Below are positions 1 through 13,464 of a stretch of DNA of 64,000 nt, in pieces. The DNA comes from Podarcis pityusensis (lineage: Eukaryota), in the NCBI GenBank assembly GCA_964106645.2, contig OZ067048.1. One strand, written 5' to 3'. The stretch's first letter is position 1, and each line of letters begins with the position of its first letter. Below the pieces are notes generated by a model, which was given only the letters and a program-made list of their open reading frames with translations, did not search any database and had not been told where the DNA came from. The position numbers and the translations under genes were made by a program.

Positions 1-318
1 TATATTATTATTATTACAGTAGCTTCTGAGCTGAAGCCCTTGGTGTTTGAAGAAAGTAATATGACCTTTTCAGGCTGAAGATGCATGTCACAAGTGGGTT
101 CAGAGGATGCATTTCCCTCCCAGTCAGAGATATCCTCTGAATCCATGGCCTTTCCCCTTGTAGATAAAGTGTCAGGGCCCTTGGTCATGACACCAGTACA
201 TTTTGAGTGGTTGTCTTGGCACCTAGGCAAACTGAGGGTCTCTTAGACATCACAAAATTAGCCTAAGTGAGCAACTCAATTATCATGCCTGCCTAGCAGC
301 TTCCTTACTAGTGCTAAT

Positions 319-676
319 AAAGGTAAAGGTAAAGGACCCCTGACAGTTAAGTCCAGCTGCATACGACTCGGGGGTTGCGGTGCTCATCTTGCTTTACAGG
401 CCAAGGGAGCCGGTGTTTGTCCGCAGACAGCTTCCGGGTCATGTGGCCAGTATGACTAAGCTGCTTCTGGTGCAACAGAACACCAAAACCAGAGCAGTGC
501 ACTGAAACACTGTTTACCTTCCCACTGGAGTGGTACCTATTTATCTACTTGCACCTTTTGGCGTGCTTTCAAACTGCTAGGTTGTCAGGAGCTGGGACTG
601 AGCAACGGAAGCTCACCCCATTGCAGGTATTTGAACCGCCGACCTTCTGATTGGCAAGCCCAAGAGGCTCAGTGGT
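319..676 (-). mobile_element. Sauria SINE (older variant, 5' head truncated)
   Basis: (AAAGGT)n tail on + followed by the conserved body (gtttaccttcc...ggtacctatttatctacttgcac) shared with eight other copies in the window. Confidence 0.9.
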
Positions 677-2020
677 GCTGCCCTATGTTTTCTTTGTTGT
701 CATTTAACTTTGATCTGGTTCACAAGTAATGGTGAGCTATAATCAGGAAAAAAACCTATGAGGAGTGTGCTGGTGTGTTCTACTCAATCAGCATCTCTGG
801 GACAAACAAACCACAAGGCTTGCCTTAGTGTTATATGTGAAGAGCATTTGATGTTTGTTTCTCTCTCAGTAAACCACAAATGGATTCAAAGGTTTGTTCT
901 TGGCTTACCAGTTAGTGGTTTGCACGTAATGTTTGTTTCTCCTATGGGTAGGCAAGGCAGAGTGGGTACGAGTGCTTCTGCACATTGCTTGTTCATTCAC
1001 TGTAAACCGTGATTTGTTTCTGATGATGACTTACTGTTGACACCCATAAGTGTTGGTTTATCATGATTTTGTTCACCGTTTCCAGTAGCAGTTAGTGCAT
1101 CTGCCTGTCTGGCCAGGACAGGTTGGCTGGCATTGCACCTAGTTTCTCCTTTGTGCATTGGCTATCTCCCCACCCCTGTGTTTGCCATCTGCTCTCTCTG
1201 CTAAATTATGACAAGATGAGGGGAATTTATAATTCATAATTTATAAAATTGCATGTGCCCTACAGCTGATGCCATCATGGTAAAAATAATCCTCCCCTTT
1301 GAGCATGCAGAAATGGTGAGCAAGAGAGGAAAAGAGAGTGATGGATGATTGAACCAATCCTTTCTCCTGCATTGCAACAGAAATCAGTTGGCTGCCTTTT
1401 GCCATCCTGATCTCGTCTGCATTGTGATGGTCGACCATCCTTCCCTCCTTTCCTTCATGCACCCAGCAATCCACCACTGTGATTCATGAAGCAATAAAGT
1501 GGGTTCAGCACAGCAGACAGGTTGTGGGAATGGCTGGAGCATCTCTTCGCTGTGTTGTCCCCTCATCCTGAAGTGCAGACGCTGGCTACAAGGGAGAGAG
1601 AGAGGGCCTTTTTGGGGGTGGCTCCTCTGTTGTGGCTTTCCTGATGTGCACAATGAGTTTTTGGGATAGGCATTGCTTTATTGCTTTGTGTTGGTCTGGC
1701 ATTTAGTGTGAGCTCGTGTCATCATTGTTACATTTCAAATGTGGTTTTATTTAACTTATTGTGCATCATCTGGAGGATCTATATTCTCAGATAATAAATA
1801 AATAAGTGTGAGTGATATTGAAGTGGCCAGGTATATGTAGGTGTGGGTGTCAAACTTCAAATGGGGAAGGTAAGAATGTGAATGCCTTCCCTGTACAAAA
1901 GCATGTCACACCCCCAGAATCCTTTAAGTTTGGGTCTGGCTTGAAATGGGTCCACCCTGTGCTACTGCCTGATTTAGAGTATTTTATCACTGTAACTCAG
2001 AACCGCTCGTTTTCTCTTAG

Positions 2021-2164
<144 letters not shown>

Positions 2165-2721
2165 TAAGTAACATGCGGCATCTTATTCTATATTTTAAAT
2201 TAGGAGTAATTACAGACCATCATAATAATTACCATAAGATCATAAGGCTGGGTCCTGATGTTCATAATTTAAGACAGCGGTACGATGCAAACTGTCTTTT
2301 AAGCCCCACCAGTTTCTCTGGAATTTGCTTTCTGAGTAAAAAGGCACAGAATTGGTAGTTGATTAACATTCATTAGGCAGACAAGGGAAAAATCAGAAGT
2401 GGGGCCCAATGGTAACATCCATCTTCTCTTGTTCTCCATGCTCCAACATAGACTGTATCCTTTTTAGTAGCCCCAGTAGGCAGGTGTTCATCTGGAGTAG
2501 AACCACAGTTGATCATAAATATTACCTGCTCATCTGAGGGCAGAGCTGATTTTTCTATCTGCCGAGGCTGCATTCTTTTTAAAAAACAAGAGAAAAGTGC
2601 ATAAAAGAAACTGCCATAAGTTATCATGCCATCCTTAGGGTCACTGCACTCAACTGGTTTAGAATTTTTCCAGTTATAATGGTAAAGTAGTAACAGACAG
2701 CTTACATCTTTATGGAGACTA

Positions 2722-2971
2722 CAGTGGTACCTTGGTTCTCGAATTTAATCTATTCCAGGAGTCCGTTCGACTCCCGAAATGGTTCAAAAACCAAGGTGCG
2801 GCTTCTGATTGTGCTGCAGGAAAGCTGTGCTCAGTTGGAAGCTGTGGAAGCCATGTTGGACATTCGGCTTCTGAAAAACGTTCGCAAACCGGAACTCTGA
2901 CTTCCGGGTTTGCAGCATCTGGGAGCCAATTTGTTCGGGAACCAAGCCATTCGACTACCAAGGTACCACTG
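2722..2971. mobile_element. Tc1/mariner-superfamily (pogo/Tigger-like) MITE
   Basis: TIRs CAGTGGTACCTTGGT / ACCAAGGTACCACTG flanked by TA on both sides. Confidence 0.9.
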
Positions 2972-3738
2972 TACTTGAGTGCAGCAAAACTTTCTCATTC
3001 CCCTTTTTTTCACATGATTTATTTAGTACAGTATAACAAACTCCATGGAAAATGTCCAGGATTTGAAGAAATGAGCCATCAATATGCTGATGGTACCCTT
3101 CTCTATTTTGTTTTCGCATCTGAATCAGAAGCAAATAGCAGCTTTGAACTGACTCTTAGAGACACTAATAAATTGCATGAGGAGGACAAAAAATAGTCTG
3201 AATCCCAAGAAAACTAGAATTGATGGTGGTTGTGAATTCTGCTGATAAGGAAGCAGGATAGGCTTATTGATAGTTCTCATCAAGATCAGAATCCAGGACA
3301 CCTCTAATTTATTTTAAATATGCTGTTTGCAAGACAGTACAGGAATGCAATTCCCTATCTCTAGTTAGTTTGGATTGTAATTAATCATGCTGGCCAGTCT
3401 TTGTGGCTAATGTTCCTGGCTGTCCCCTGCAGAATACTCTGCTGAACCCTACTTTGTTGATACGTGTGCCCATTTGTTAGGTAAGTTGTGCAACTGATCA
3501 GATTTCTGATATTTAGGGTCCTTTGTTAACTGCACAAATAACAGCTGTTCCTATATGGCTACAGCGCTTAACTGCATAACTTAGCATGAACATCTAGGTT
3601 ACCTGTGGAAAATCTTCCAGGGCACAGCAGTCCTTAGCAAACATCTTCCCAAAACAACCCCCAACTCATCCTTCCAAGTTGGACTTAGGTAATACGGCCT
3701 CAAGTTAAGGTCTGAGAATCAAAACTGTTTTTTCAGTA

Positions 3739-3956
3739 CAGCAGTACCTCGGTTTTCGAGCATCTCGGAAGCTGAATGTTTTGGTTTTCGAACACCAAAA
3801 ACCAGGAAGTAATTGCTTCTGTTTCCAAACTTTTCTCAATTTTCTCCATTGACTTTGGTGGACTTTGGAGACTGCTCATTGTGCCTCGGTTGTTGAACGT
3901 TTGGGAAGTCGAATGGTCTTCCGGAATGGATTACTTTCAACAACCGAGGTACACTG
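3739..3956. mobile_element. Tc1/mariner-superfamily MITE
   Basis: TIRs CAGCAGTACCTCGGTT / AACCGAGGTACACTG with TA flanks; interior resembles the copy at 42842. Confidence 0.85.
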
Positions 3957-4034
3957 TATATTGCAGGAGTATCAGGAGGAAGTACGGAGGCCCCCCCCCA
4001 TGGCTTTCCCACTTTTATTTGCTTTGTACTCTGA

Positions 4035-4277
<243 letters not shown>

Positions 4278-5168
4278 ACGGCTATTTACCTGACCACTGT
4301 TGTTGTGAAACAGAGGCTGGACTTATTTATTTATTTAAGAATAGAGAAGGGTGTTATTCCTCCTGTTAGAGGAACAAAATGCCTGACGTGCAAAGACGGG
4401 TAGCAGAGTTGTCAAGGTGTGACATGCAGACCATAATATTGAGTGTGGAAGAGGGCGGAGCTTAACACTTTCACCACCCACCACATATCTGCTCCAAATC
4501 ACTCCCCAAGCAGTCTTTTCCGCCTGTGGGGGCCAAAATACATGCACAGCCACATTTTGAACACTAGGTGTGTGGAGCTGGAAAAGGGCAGATGAAAAAG
4601 TTCAAGCACTTTCTCATATCTTTTTGTTCACGTTTGCTCTGAGCCAGGCGTTGGTTCATAATATGTTGCCTAGCCTCTGAGTTTCTTCAATTTAAACAAG
4701 TTAGGAGTTGGAATTGGCTACTAGGAAGTTTATTTAATCTTCCTCATCTGTTAAGGCTTTAGAGAAGGAGGGGGGGCGAGATTTGAACATTTTCGTTGCA
4801 CAGATCCAGCTGCCTTGGGAATACACCAATTCAAAGCCAGCAGAAGCAAATTAAAGAAAAAGCAGGCCTCCCCTCTTTAAAAGCTCATTATTTCTTGACT
4901 GCATCTATACATGCCTCATATAGACTATTGTACCCTGTTATTGCTCAGGTGAAAAGACTGTGCCCTCCTGAAAATCGCATTGCAAAGTGACTCTTGCAAA
5001 CAGAAGGAAGAAAGGGGGAACCAAGGAATTCAAGATTAATGAAAGCTTCTTCTTGTTCCCCAACGGGCTGCTGCACAACTCGAAAATTGATTCCTTCTGT
5101 GTTTATCATCTGTGCAGAACGAGGGGCTATCAAAGTAAATGTTTAAGTCCTTGAGCAAAGTTGCAGAA

Positions 5169-5174
5169 AATAAA
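5169..5174 (+). terminator. Candidate polyadenylation signal for ARL14EPL
   Basis: AATAAA about 890 nt after the stop codon; an alternative AATAAA lies at 6160-6165. Cannot be confirmed without transcript data. Confidence 0.35.
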
Positions 5175-6539
5175 GTTGGATCTAAATAATGTCAAGCATA
5201 CAGTTTTTATTGGTACGAAGACCCGGATTCTAAATGTATTTAAGGAATTCATAGTTTAAAAGTTACGTTCTCAACCATTTTACACTAGTCTGCCTGTAAT
5301 GTACATAAAAAATGGACATTTGTATTCATAAAAGGAAGCATGCAGGTGATTTTTGTTAAAAGTGTCATTTCCAACTTTGAGTCCGTTCCCCCCCCCCCTT
5401 CCTTAAATGAGTTGCTTACTCTTAAGATACTGTGGTCATAACAAACTGAAATGGATAACAAGTCAAGGCTTCTTGACTGGAAAAAAAAAACAGCGACATA
5501 GAGGTTAGTGAAAGGAAATGGGCATGTATGCTGGTAATATAGTGGTGTATATGAAGAGGTTATCAATGATATACCGTAGTGGCTAAAATCACAATGAAAA
5601 CTTAATTAGAATTTTGAGAGAGCCCCACCTTTCGCAGCGAAGAGAAACGCTGACATGTTTAATTGTTATTCTGTTTAACCAAGGTTTCTGCAGTGGTTGC
5701 TTCTCTTTGCAGTTTACTAATGCAGTTATGCAATAGCTGCACACTTAAATTGTTAATGTAAATTAAAACTTTAAAGAAATTTGGGCTAAATCCCATGTGA
5801 AATCCTGTGAGAGTTGATTGGTTCACCCCTCCCCGCAATGCCTCTTTGCTTGGTTGTAGTTTTCTTTTGACTCCAATTGACCTCCACAAAATTGGCTAGG
5901 TGGCCTTGACCCCTTTTTCTTATTTCAGAGAAAAATAGAGCCATTACACTTCCTATTGGGAGGCTTGGTTGTTCACTTTCATTTTTCCCTCATCGGCTTT
6001 TAATGTGAGACAGGCAGCCACGGAAAATCACTTCTGATATGCCAACTTGGCCAGGTTTTCAGCTGGTGCTGTTTGGTATAGCTCCAACACGAGTCAATGT
6101 TTTGCTTAAAAGTGTGTCTAAAATTGAATTTTTAAAAATAGTCAAAGAAACCTAGTTTCAATAAATGAAGGCTTGCAAAACTCCATAACTGAGATTGCAA
6201 CTTTACTAAGCCGTCAAGGGAAGCGTTGAATCAACAGTTCACTTCTTACTTCAGTACCTTAAATTACCGTAATGTACCCACAAGTCCCTTCAATGTCACA
6301 CAAAACAATGTTTTGGGAAGTGCCCAAGTCACACTTCTGTGTTTGTGGTAGATTTGCAGTTTTAAATTTTTTTATACTTTTATCCAGTACAAATTGTAGG
6401 GTTTGCTGCATAGCATATGGGCTTCCCCTTTGCAGACAAGCATGACCAAAGACCAATCTCAATCCTTTATTGGCATATATACAAAATTCTGAAAGGTTCA
6501 GTACAATAAGACTACTCAGCAAAATCTGCATCTAACAAT

Positions 6540-7120
6540 TCAACAGAAGTATAGTGTCCAGATCAAGTGAAGTAATAGTGCCACTCTATTCTGCCTTGGT
6601 CAAGCCACACCTGGAATACTGTGTCCAATTCTGGGCACCACAATTTAAGAAGGATATTAGACAAGCTGGAATGTGTGCAGAGGAGGGCAACCAAGACGAA
6701 AAAGGGTCTGGAAACCAAGCCTTATGAGGAATGGTTCAGGGAGTTGGATGTGTATAGCCTGGAAAAGAGAAGACTGTGAAGAGATATGATAGCCATCTTC
6801 AAATATCTCAAGGGTTGTCACATGGAAGATGTAGCAAGCTTGCTTTCTCCTGCTCTGGAGGGTAGGACTCAAACCAATGGCTTCAAGTTACAAGAAAGGA
6901 GATTCCGACTAAACATCAGGAAGAACTTTCTGACAGCAAGAGGTGTTCAACAGTGGAACAGTCTTCCTCAGGAAGTTGTGGAGTTTTCTTCCTTGGAGGA
7001 TTTTAAGCAGAGGTTGGGTGGCCATCTGTCATGGATGCTTTAGCTGAGATTCCTGCTTTTCAGGGGGTTGGACTAGATGATCAGTGGGTCCCTTCCAACT
7101 CTAAGATTCTATGATTCTAA
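6540..7120 (+). mobile_element. CR1 LINE, 5'-truncated 3' end
   Basis: CR1 ORF2 C-terminus ([15 protein letters not shown]; IFKYLKGCH...RFRLNIRKNFLT..WNSLP) and the diagnostic 3' terminus ccttccaactctaagATTCTATGATTCTA. Confidence 0.92.
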
Positions 7121-8607
7121 GTGAAGCTGGTGGTTAATGATATAAGACCTCAGTGGCAAAACCCTGGTATGGCATGTCCTTCCCAGCAATGTATGTTCCC
7201 TGCACCACCTTTATGTTCTTTTCAGCACTAGGTGAAGAAACTTTTGTTCACTCAGGCTTTAAACACCTTGTTGTTTTACAATCTGGGCTTCTAAAGTTAG
7301 TAGCTTTTATTGTATATCTGTGTTATTAATTATGCTTCCTCTTCTAGAAAGCACTGTTTTTGTGCTGCTTTTCACTGTTTATATTTTTAGAAATAGCATT
7401 ATTGTGTTAAGAATAGCATTATTCTGTTAAAATAGTATTATTGTATTAAAAACAAAAAAGCAGAGAACTTAACTTAAAAGGCAGCCAGATACCCTTCACT
7501 CTTTGACTCCAAAACTCTAGTGTGGAGTTTGGATTGTCTCAGTTGACAAAGCCACACTACAACTTAAGTTTTGTATCAGTTGCAAGATTGCAGAGACCCA
7601 GAAAGAAAGTATCTGGATCATATCTTGAAACGTTTGCCGAGGCTTTGTTCCAAGTTTAACTGATTTTGAGACTGGCGGTCCTCAATCAGATCTACTTGGG
7701 CTTGGAAATATTACTTATGTTCAGTTTTGTATTGTTAGGTAATGCTATTGAAAAACAAAGAGAGCCTGGAAAGCGGTTGTGATTTGTGAATTTTCTGGCA
7801 TAGTTATGCTTTTAACAGGCCAAGGCTGGTGAACATTAACTATGAAGCTCTCCCCTTAGCAGACGTTGAACGGTACGAGTGGTTGAACAGGCCAGACTCA
7901 TTTTCCATCAAGTGATGAAGTGGGACCAGCTGGCATTTTGCCCAAAATACATCAGAATCACTCTTTGAAACCCAAAGGGGTGGCTTAATGGTCAAAACCT
8001 GGGATTGAAACTACTAGACTTTCTGGAGCCATAGGTCTCCCTGAGATGACAGCTCATCTTTTTAAAAACAGTGCAGATATGTTATCATGTAATATTCTAC
8101 CCAGGAATCTTTCGGGGATTGTACTTTTAGAGCCAGAATTGTTCTGCTATCATTATGATGCAAGTACCACAGTGCCTTAGGAGTATGTTACAGGGGCCTA
8201 TTATATCATGTTCAAGTTACATAAGAGGGCCAGTTAAGTCAAGAGATCCCTCCCGCTGTTTATTGCCCATATTTGTTTCCCTCTGTAAGCTCTGGGTTAT
8301 TTTAAAATAATGCTGAATAAAATGCAGATACCACTCCTTTTTGTACTAATACATGCACAATGCCTGTTTAATGTGGTGTGCAGACCCAGGAAGGTGCCAT
8401 AGTGGTGCAAACGCAGAAACAGTATTCTGCACCCAAAATAAGAAACTAGGAAGGCACCTGTTGATAGATGGGCAGGTAGAAAAACTTCAGGGGAGGAATG
8501 AAATAACACTGAAGCAAGCCAGTTCAACATGCAATTATTGGGTATGTTTTCATAATTCAACAGTTTTGAAAAGACATCTGATGAATGTTTAATCTGATGA
8601 ATGCCTA

Positions 8608-8909
8608 AAGGTAAAGGTAAAGGGACCCCTGACCATTAGGCCCAGTCGTGGCCGACTCTGGGGTTGCGGCACTCATCTCGCTAAGCCGCTTCTGGCGAAC
8701 CAGAGCAGCACACGGAAACGCCATTTACCTTCCCTCCGGAGAGGTACCTATTTAGCTACTTGCACTTTGACGTGCTTTCGAACTGCTAGGTTGGCAGGAG
8801 CTGGGACCAAGCAACGGGAGCTCACCCCGTCGCGGGGATTCGAACTGCCAACCTTCTGATCGGCAAGTCCTAGGCTCTGTGGTTTAACCCACAGCGCCAC
8901 CCGCGTCCC
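8608..8909 (-). mobile_element. Sauria SINE with internal deletion
   Basis: Head and tail both present. 13-bp TSD TGATGAATGCCTA at 8595-8607 and 8911-8923. About 60 bp missing after ctcatctcg relative to other copies. Confidence 0.93.
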
Positions 8910-8923
8910 TTGATGAATGCCTA

Positions 8924-9389
8924 GGACCCTCGTAACTATGGGGCCGCCTCTCCTGGTATGTCCCACAGAGGACCTTACGGTCTTCAAATAAAAACATCTT
9001 GAAGGTCCCAGGCCACAGAGAAGTTAGGCTGGCCTCAACTAGAGCCAGGGCTTTTTCGGCTGTGGCTCCGATCTGGTGGAACGCTCTGTCACAAGAGACT
9101 AGGGCCCTGCGGGACTTGACATCTTTCTGCAGGGCCTGCAAGACAGAGCTGTTCCGCCAGGCCTTTGGCCAAGGCACAGTCTGACCCCCTCCTTTGGCAA
9201 TCTTTACAGAACTCTAGCCCAATGGTTGCCATCAATCTGATTTGAACTGATTTTATAATGAACTGATTTTATAATGTTGTATCATTTTACTGTTGTTAGC
9301 TGCTCTGAGCCCGGCTTCGGCTGGGGAGGGCGGGATATAAATTCTTCTTCTTCTTCTTCTTCTTCTTCTTCTTCTTCTTCTTCTTCTTC
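8924..9389 (+). mobile_element. L2 LINE 3' end with (TTC)16 tail
   Basis: ORF2 C-terminus RARAFSAVAPIWWNALS...SFCRACKTELFRQAF typical of L2. The 3' UTR ends gggcgggatataaa, followed by (TTC)n at 9342-9389. Confidence 0.85.
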
Positions 9390-9656
9390 ATGATGAAGAT
9401 GAACAATATCTGTATGGATAAAGGCTTCTGAAATTGAATAGTGCCCTCTTGAAATGACCGTGTTGTAAGATCTGGACTCCCTCCGTGCAGACTGAAGGTG
9501 CAAATAGGTGAATAAACCATATTTCTTAAAGCTACGGCAGACCCTGCCGTGTCTCAGTTCTCCAAAGGAACACAGATCCTAGGAACCTTCTTTTCTCTTG
9601 CAGAGAGTAAAGCTGGCACCCAACTTTTATAACAACCACCACCTATGTGTTGTACC

Positions 9657-9816
9657 CAGTGCTTTTTTCGGGGGGGGGGGGGAGGCACACACACAGGGGT
9701 ACACACACCCTAAACATTTTGTGAATCTAAGTTTGGCCACATTGAGGGGCAGTATTTCAATATGAGTAGGAAAATGAGAGCACCCCTGGACATATTTTTA
9801 ATATATAAAAGCACTT
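9657..9816. mobile_element. hAT-type MITE just upstream of the COMMD10 promoter
   Basis: Termini CAGTGCTTTT / AAAAGCACT(T). Perfect 8-bp TSD GTTGTACC at 9649-9656 and 9817-9824. Confidence 0.85.
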
Positions 9817-9889
9817 GTTGTACCTACTGAGAAGTTCCATTAGAAAAGCAATTGTACCAAAAGGAATTATTGTGAAAATAAGAAATATT

Positions 9890-10660
9890 TCAAGGGGGGC
9901 CCCGCCACATTTTGTCCCCGCTCAGGTCACCCTGTCCCCAAAATCCGCCCCTGCTCGGTATTATTATTCCTAAGCAGTGACCCATTGGCGTAAAGTGATC
10001 TCGCATATGCGAACTAAGGACTGCGCCGCCTGGCGGACAGAGAGGAGACGCCCCGCTCTCCGCCCCGCTTTGCATCTCCGACGCTAAACCTCAGTCCTGT
10101 GGGGGCGGAGTTGAAGTCGAAAGGCGGAGCTAGCTGGAGGCAGCCTGAGCCGGGATTGGCTCTCGGCTTTAGCTGCCTGGCTATTGGCTGGGCGGGGACA
10201 GTATGATCGACAGCGACCAAGATGGCGGCGCCCACTGTTATTCCGGAAACCGTCAGGTAGGCTCTGCTCTGCCGCCTCCTCCCTTGTGGGTCTGCCAAAG
10301 GCGCTGCCAACCCCGTTTCTCCCTTTAAATATGGCACGGGCAGTGGGGGGGGGGGCGGCGGCTTAGAACGGTTTCCAAAGCCAAGGCTTAAAGTAATAAA
10401 AACAAAGTGGTGTCTGGGCATGTGCAGGTTTCTTTACCTGCACCAGCGTTACCTACCTAGTGGGGGACTGAGGCTGGGTCTCCGCAGCTGCAGGCTTGCC
10501 GGTATTCCTGTGCCTGAACAGTCCCGTGGCAACCGGGGTTGCTGTTGCGCACACGGTTATTGGGGAGCAAACTCTCCTGAACTCAGCGGGTCTTGGTTTC
10601 CGAGAAGTCCATCAAATTGTGCTGCAAAGAAAACCTATTGCTGATCCCCCCCCCCCCCGC
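9890..10660 (+). promoter_or_regulatory. CpG-island promoter of COMMD10
   Basis: Sharp rise in GC and CpG content. GC boxes (GGGGGCGGAG 10101-10110, GGGCGGGG ~10190, CCGCCC ~9945 and ~10060). Three reverse CCAAT boxes (ATTGG ~9984, ~10155, ~10183). Exact YY1 motif CAAGATGGCGGC at 10218-10229 over the start codon. No TATA box evident. Confidence 0.85.
10222..10256 (+). CDS. COMMD10: COMM domain-containing protein 10, exon 1 (coding part)
   Basis: Strong Kozak context ccaagATGG. Encodes MAAPTVIPETV+AG, followed by donor gtaggc at 10257; the phase-2 end joins exon 2 in frame. Confidence 0.88.
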
Positions 10661-10738
10661 GTTTAGCATAGAAGTGCAGTGGTAGGGAAAACAACAATAG
10701 CAGCAGCATTTGCTGCTGAAAAGCCTGTGATGTGTGTA

Positions 10739-10987
10739 CGGGTCAGCAAACATTTTCAGCAGGAGCCTGGTCCACTGTCCCTCAGAGCTTGTGGGGGGGC
10801 CGGACTATATTTTGAAAAATAATAATGAACGAATTTCTATGCCCCACAAATAACCCAGAGGTGCATTTTAAATAAAAGCACACATTCTACTCTTGTAAAA
10901 CATGCTGATTCCCGGACCATCCACAGGCTGGATTTAGAAGGCAGTTGGGCCGGATCTGGCCCCCGGGCCTTAGTTTGCCTACCCATG
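10739..10987. mobile_element. hAT (Charlie-like) MITE, left end eroded
   Basis: Termini GGGTCAGCAAAC / GTTTGCCTACCCATG with subterminal GGGCC motifs. No clean TSD. Confidence 0.7.
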
Positions 10988-11242
10988 GTGTAGAGAAATG
11001 AACCAAAGAAAAAAGGAATCGCAGTAATGAGCTCAGCGACACACACTTTTAGGCAGGAGGGAGGATGGTATGCTGGTTGAAAAGCAGGAACTAGTCAGCC
11101 CAAAAGCAGATGTAAAATTCTGCTTGGGTATAACCCCCCTTCCAGTCCTTTGTTCACAGTTCTAGCATTTTTTATTTCCAGCTTCCCAGGTTGCTAGAAG
11201 CTGAAATACAATGCTAGAGCATAGAATAAAGTGGTAATTCCT

Positions 11243-11519
11243 TCTTCTTTTTTCTATAATTTTTATTAAATTTGGTGTTTTACATTTTAGAATATTCATT
11301 TAAACAACCTTAAAATATCAGTGGCTTCCGTTCTTCTCTTTCCATGGTTCATTTTGCATGACATAAATCCCTGCATATTTTGTATAAACTAAGACATTCA
11401 GTATTCAATTATTACATCCATCAAAACTTATTTACACTGTTAAATTTATCTTAATTCTGCCCACGTTTTAAAATGTATACAATTCCTCCCCCCCCACCAT
11501 ATATTCAATAAACATTTTA
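11243..11519 (-). mobile_element. L1-clade LINE 3' end
   Basis: 18-bp TSD AATAAAGTGGTAATTCCT at 11225-11242 and 11520-11537. The minus strand ends in AATAAA plus an A-rich tail. Confidence 0.8.
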
Positions 11520-11763
11520 AATAAAGTGGTAATTCCTGATCAGGAGACTGTTTCTTTTCTTTTCTTCAGCAACTGTGTCTCTGGTGGGAGGTTTTCCCGC
11601 AACAACTGTGTGTTCAGGAACTTTACCTGGAAAAGTAGGCAGCCCTTTTCATTGTTGTTTAAACCTCTTCCTGGCATCAGAAAAGAGCAGAGAAAAACTT
11701 ATTGTGCCCACCAAGTCCCTTGTCTTTAACTGATTCTTGCCATCCTCTCTTCCCCTTTTCTAG

Positions 11764-11854
11764 TGTTCGAAAGGCTGTGTCCCTCATCAATGCTATAGAC
11801 ACAGGAAAGTTCTCTCGGTTGCTCTCCCGCATCCTTCAGAAGCTACACCTAAAG
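11764..11854 (+). CDS. COMMD10: COMMD10 exon 2
   Basis: Acceptor tccccttttctag|. 91 nt encoding (S)[30 protein letters not shown]. Donor AAG|gtttgt. Confidence 0.96.
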
Positions 11855-12281
11855 GTTTGTATACACAGAGAGAAAATGACTGCACAATGCACAGTGAAAT
11901 CTCTTAAGCTGGTAGTATCCATGGGCTACATTTGAGTATAGATTCTAGAAAAGTACAATACAATTGCTTGTCCAAGTGTCTCTGCCAATGGGAGCTTTCC
12001 TTTGAGAGCTCTGTAAGGGCAATATTTTCTGCTGGGAGGAACACCTGGGGGGAAAACCATTCAGTAGATTCTTCACAGGTTTTTTAGCTTTGCGGGCAGA
12101 CTGATGGGGTTAAAAAATGCTGCTGTGGTCTGCTGTGCTCTCCTTCAGGCAATTTTATTTTGTGAACCACCCTGAGACATGCAGGTATAGGGTAGTATAT
12201 AAATTTAATTACTACTACTTCTGCTACCACCAATAATAATTATTATTCCACTCTCATGGAAAATGGCTGAAAGCTAGTTCA

Positions 12282-13188
12282 TTTTTTAAAAAAATAATAT
12301 TTATTACTTTTCCAAAAAACTTAAACACTGAAAAAACAACAATACAATACAATACAATACAATACAATACAATACAATACAATACATTAAACTAGCAAAA
12401 CAAAACAAAAACAATAAAATAAATCAAACAATTTCATTATCCCATCTTTCATTCACTTATTTCCACGACCTCCTCACACCTCCCTTTTTGTATTCCACTT
12501 CTGTTAATTATTTCAGCAATTCCTTTCCATCTTCCTCTGTTTTCTATCCTATAATTATCTTAACTCATTCTAACCTTATTTTTCCCTTTAATACTCTATT
12601 AATCTATTTATACTTAATTCCTTATAACATTTCTACTAAAGCCATGTAACTTCATTCCAACATTTTTCTAACATTCATTGATTTTACAGTATTTCTGTAA
12701 ATAATCTTTAAATTTTTTCCAATCTTCTTCCACCGACTCTTCTCCCTGGTCTCGGATTCTGCCAGTCATTTCCGCCAATTCCATATAGTCCATCAACTTC
12801 ATCTGCCATTCTTCCTGGGTGGGTAAATCTTGTGTCTTCCAATATTTTGCGATGAGTATCCTTGCTGCTGTTGTTGCATACATAAATAAAGTTCTATCCT
12901 TCTTTGACACCAATTGGCCGACCATGCCCAGGAGAAAGGCCTCTGGTTTCTTCAAGAAGGTATATTGGGATACCTTTTTCAGTTCATTATATATCATTTC
13001 CCAGAAAGCCTTAATCTTTGGGCACGTCCACCAAAGGTGAAAGAATGTACCTTCAATTTCTTTACATTTCCAACATTTATTATCGGGCAAATGGTAGATT
13101 TTTGCAAGCTTGACTGGTGTCATGTACCACCTAGAAATCATTTTCATTAAGTTTTCTCTTAGAACATTACATGCCGTAAATTTCATAC
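12282..13188 (-). mobile_element. L1-clade LINE, 5'-truncated (ORF2 C-terminal zinc knuckle, 3' UTR with (TATTG)n)
   Basis: Open ORF 13186-12668 contains CWKC...GTFFHLWWTCPKIKAFW. TSD CTAGTTCA at 12274-12281 and 13189-13196. A-rich tail. Confidence 0.92.
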
Positions 13189-13464
13189 CTAGTTCAATGA
13201 CAGCCAGAGGATGAGGTTGGAAGAGATGGGAATGGGAGAGGGAGCTATATAAAAGATGGTGACTCCTGTTTGAAGCTCTGGAGAGATTTTGCCTGTCAGT
13301 ATAAATAATAATAAGCTAGGTGAACCAGTGGACTGACTCAGTGTAAAACAGCTTTTGCCAATATAATTGACATTTATGCTGTTTGTGAAAAGGCATGAGA
13401 CCAATCAATCTAGTGAATAAAATAGTATCTTAATTTTTGGTAAATGGGAATCTTTTTATTTCAG

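Noticed and set aside
9282-9520. Poly-Glu and poly-Lys ORFs
   Set aside because: Translations of the (TTC)16 microsatellite tail of an L2 element.
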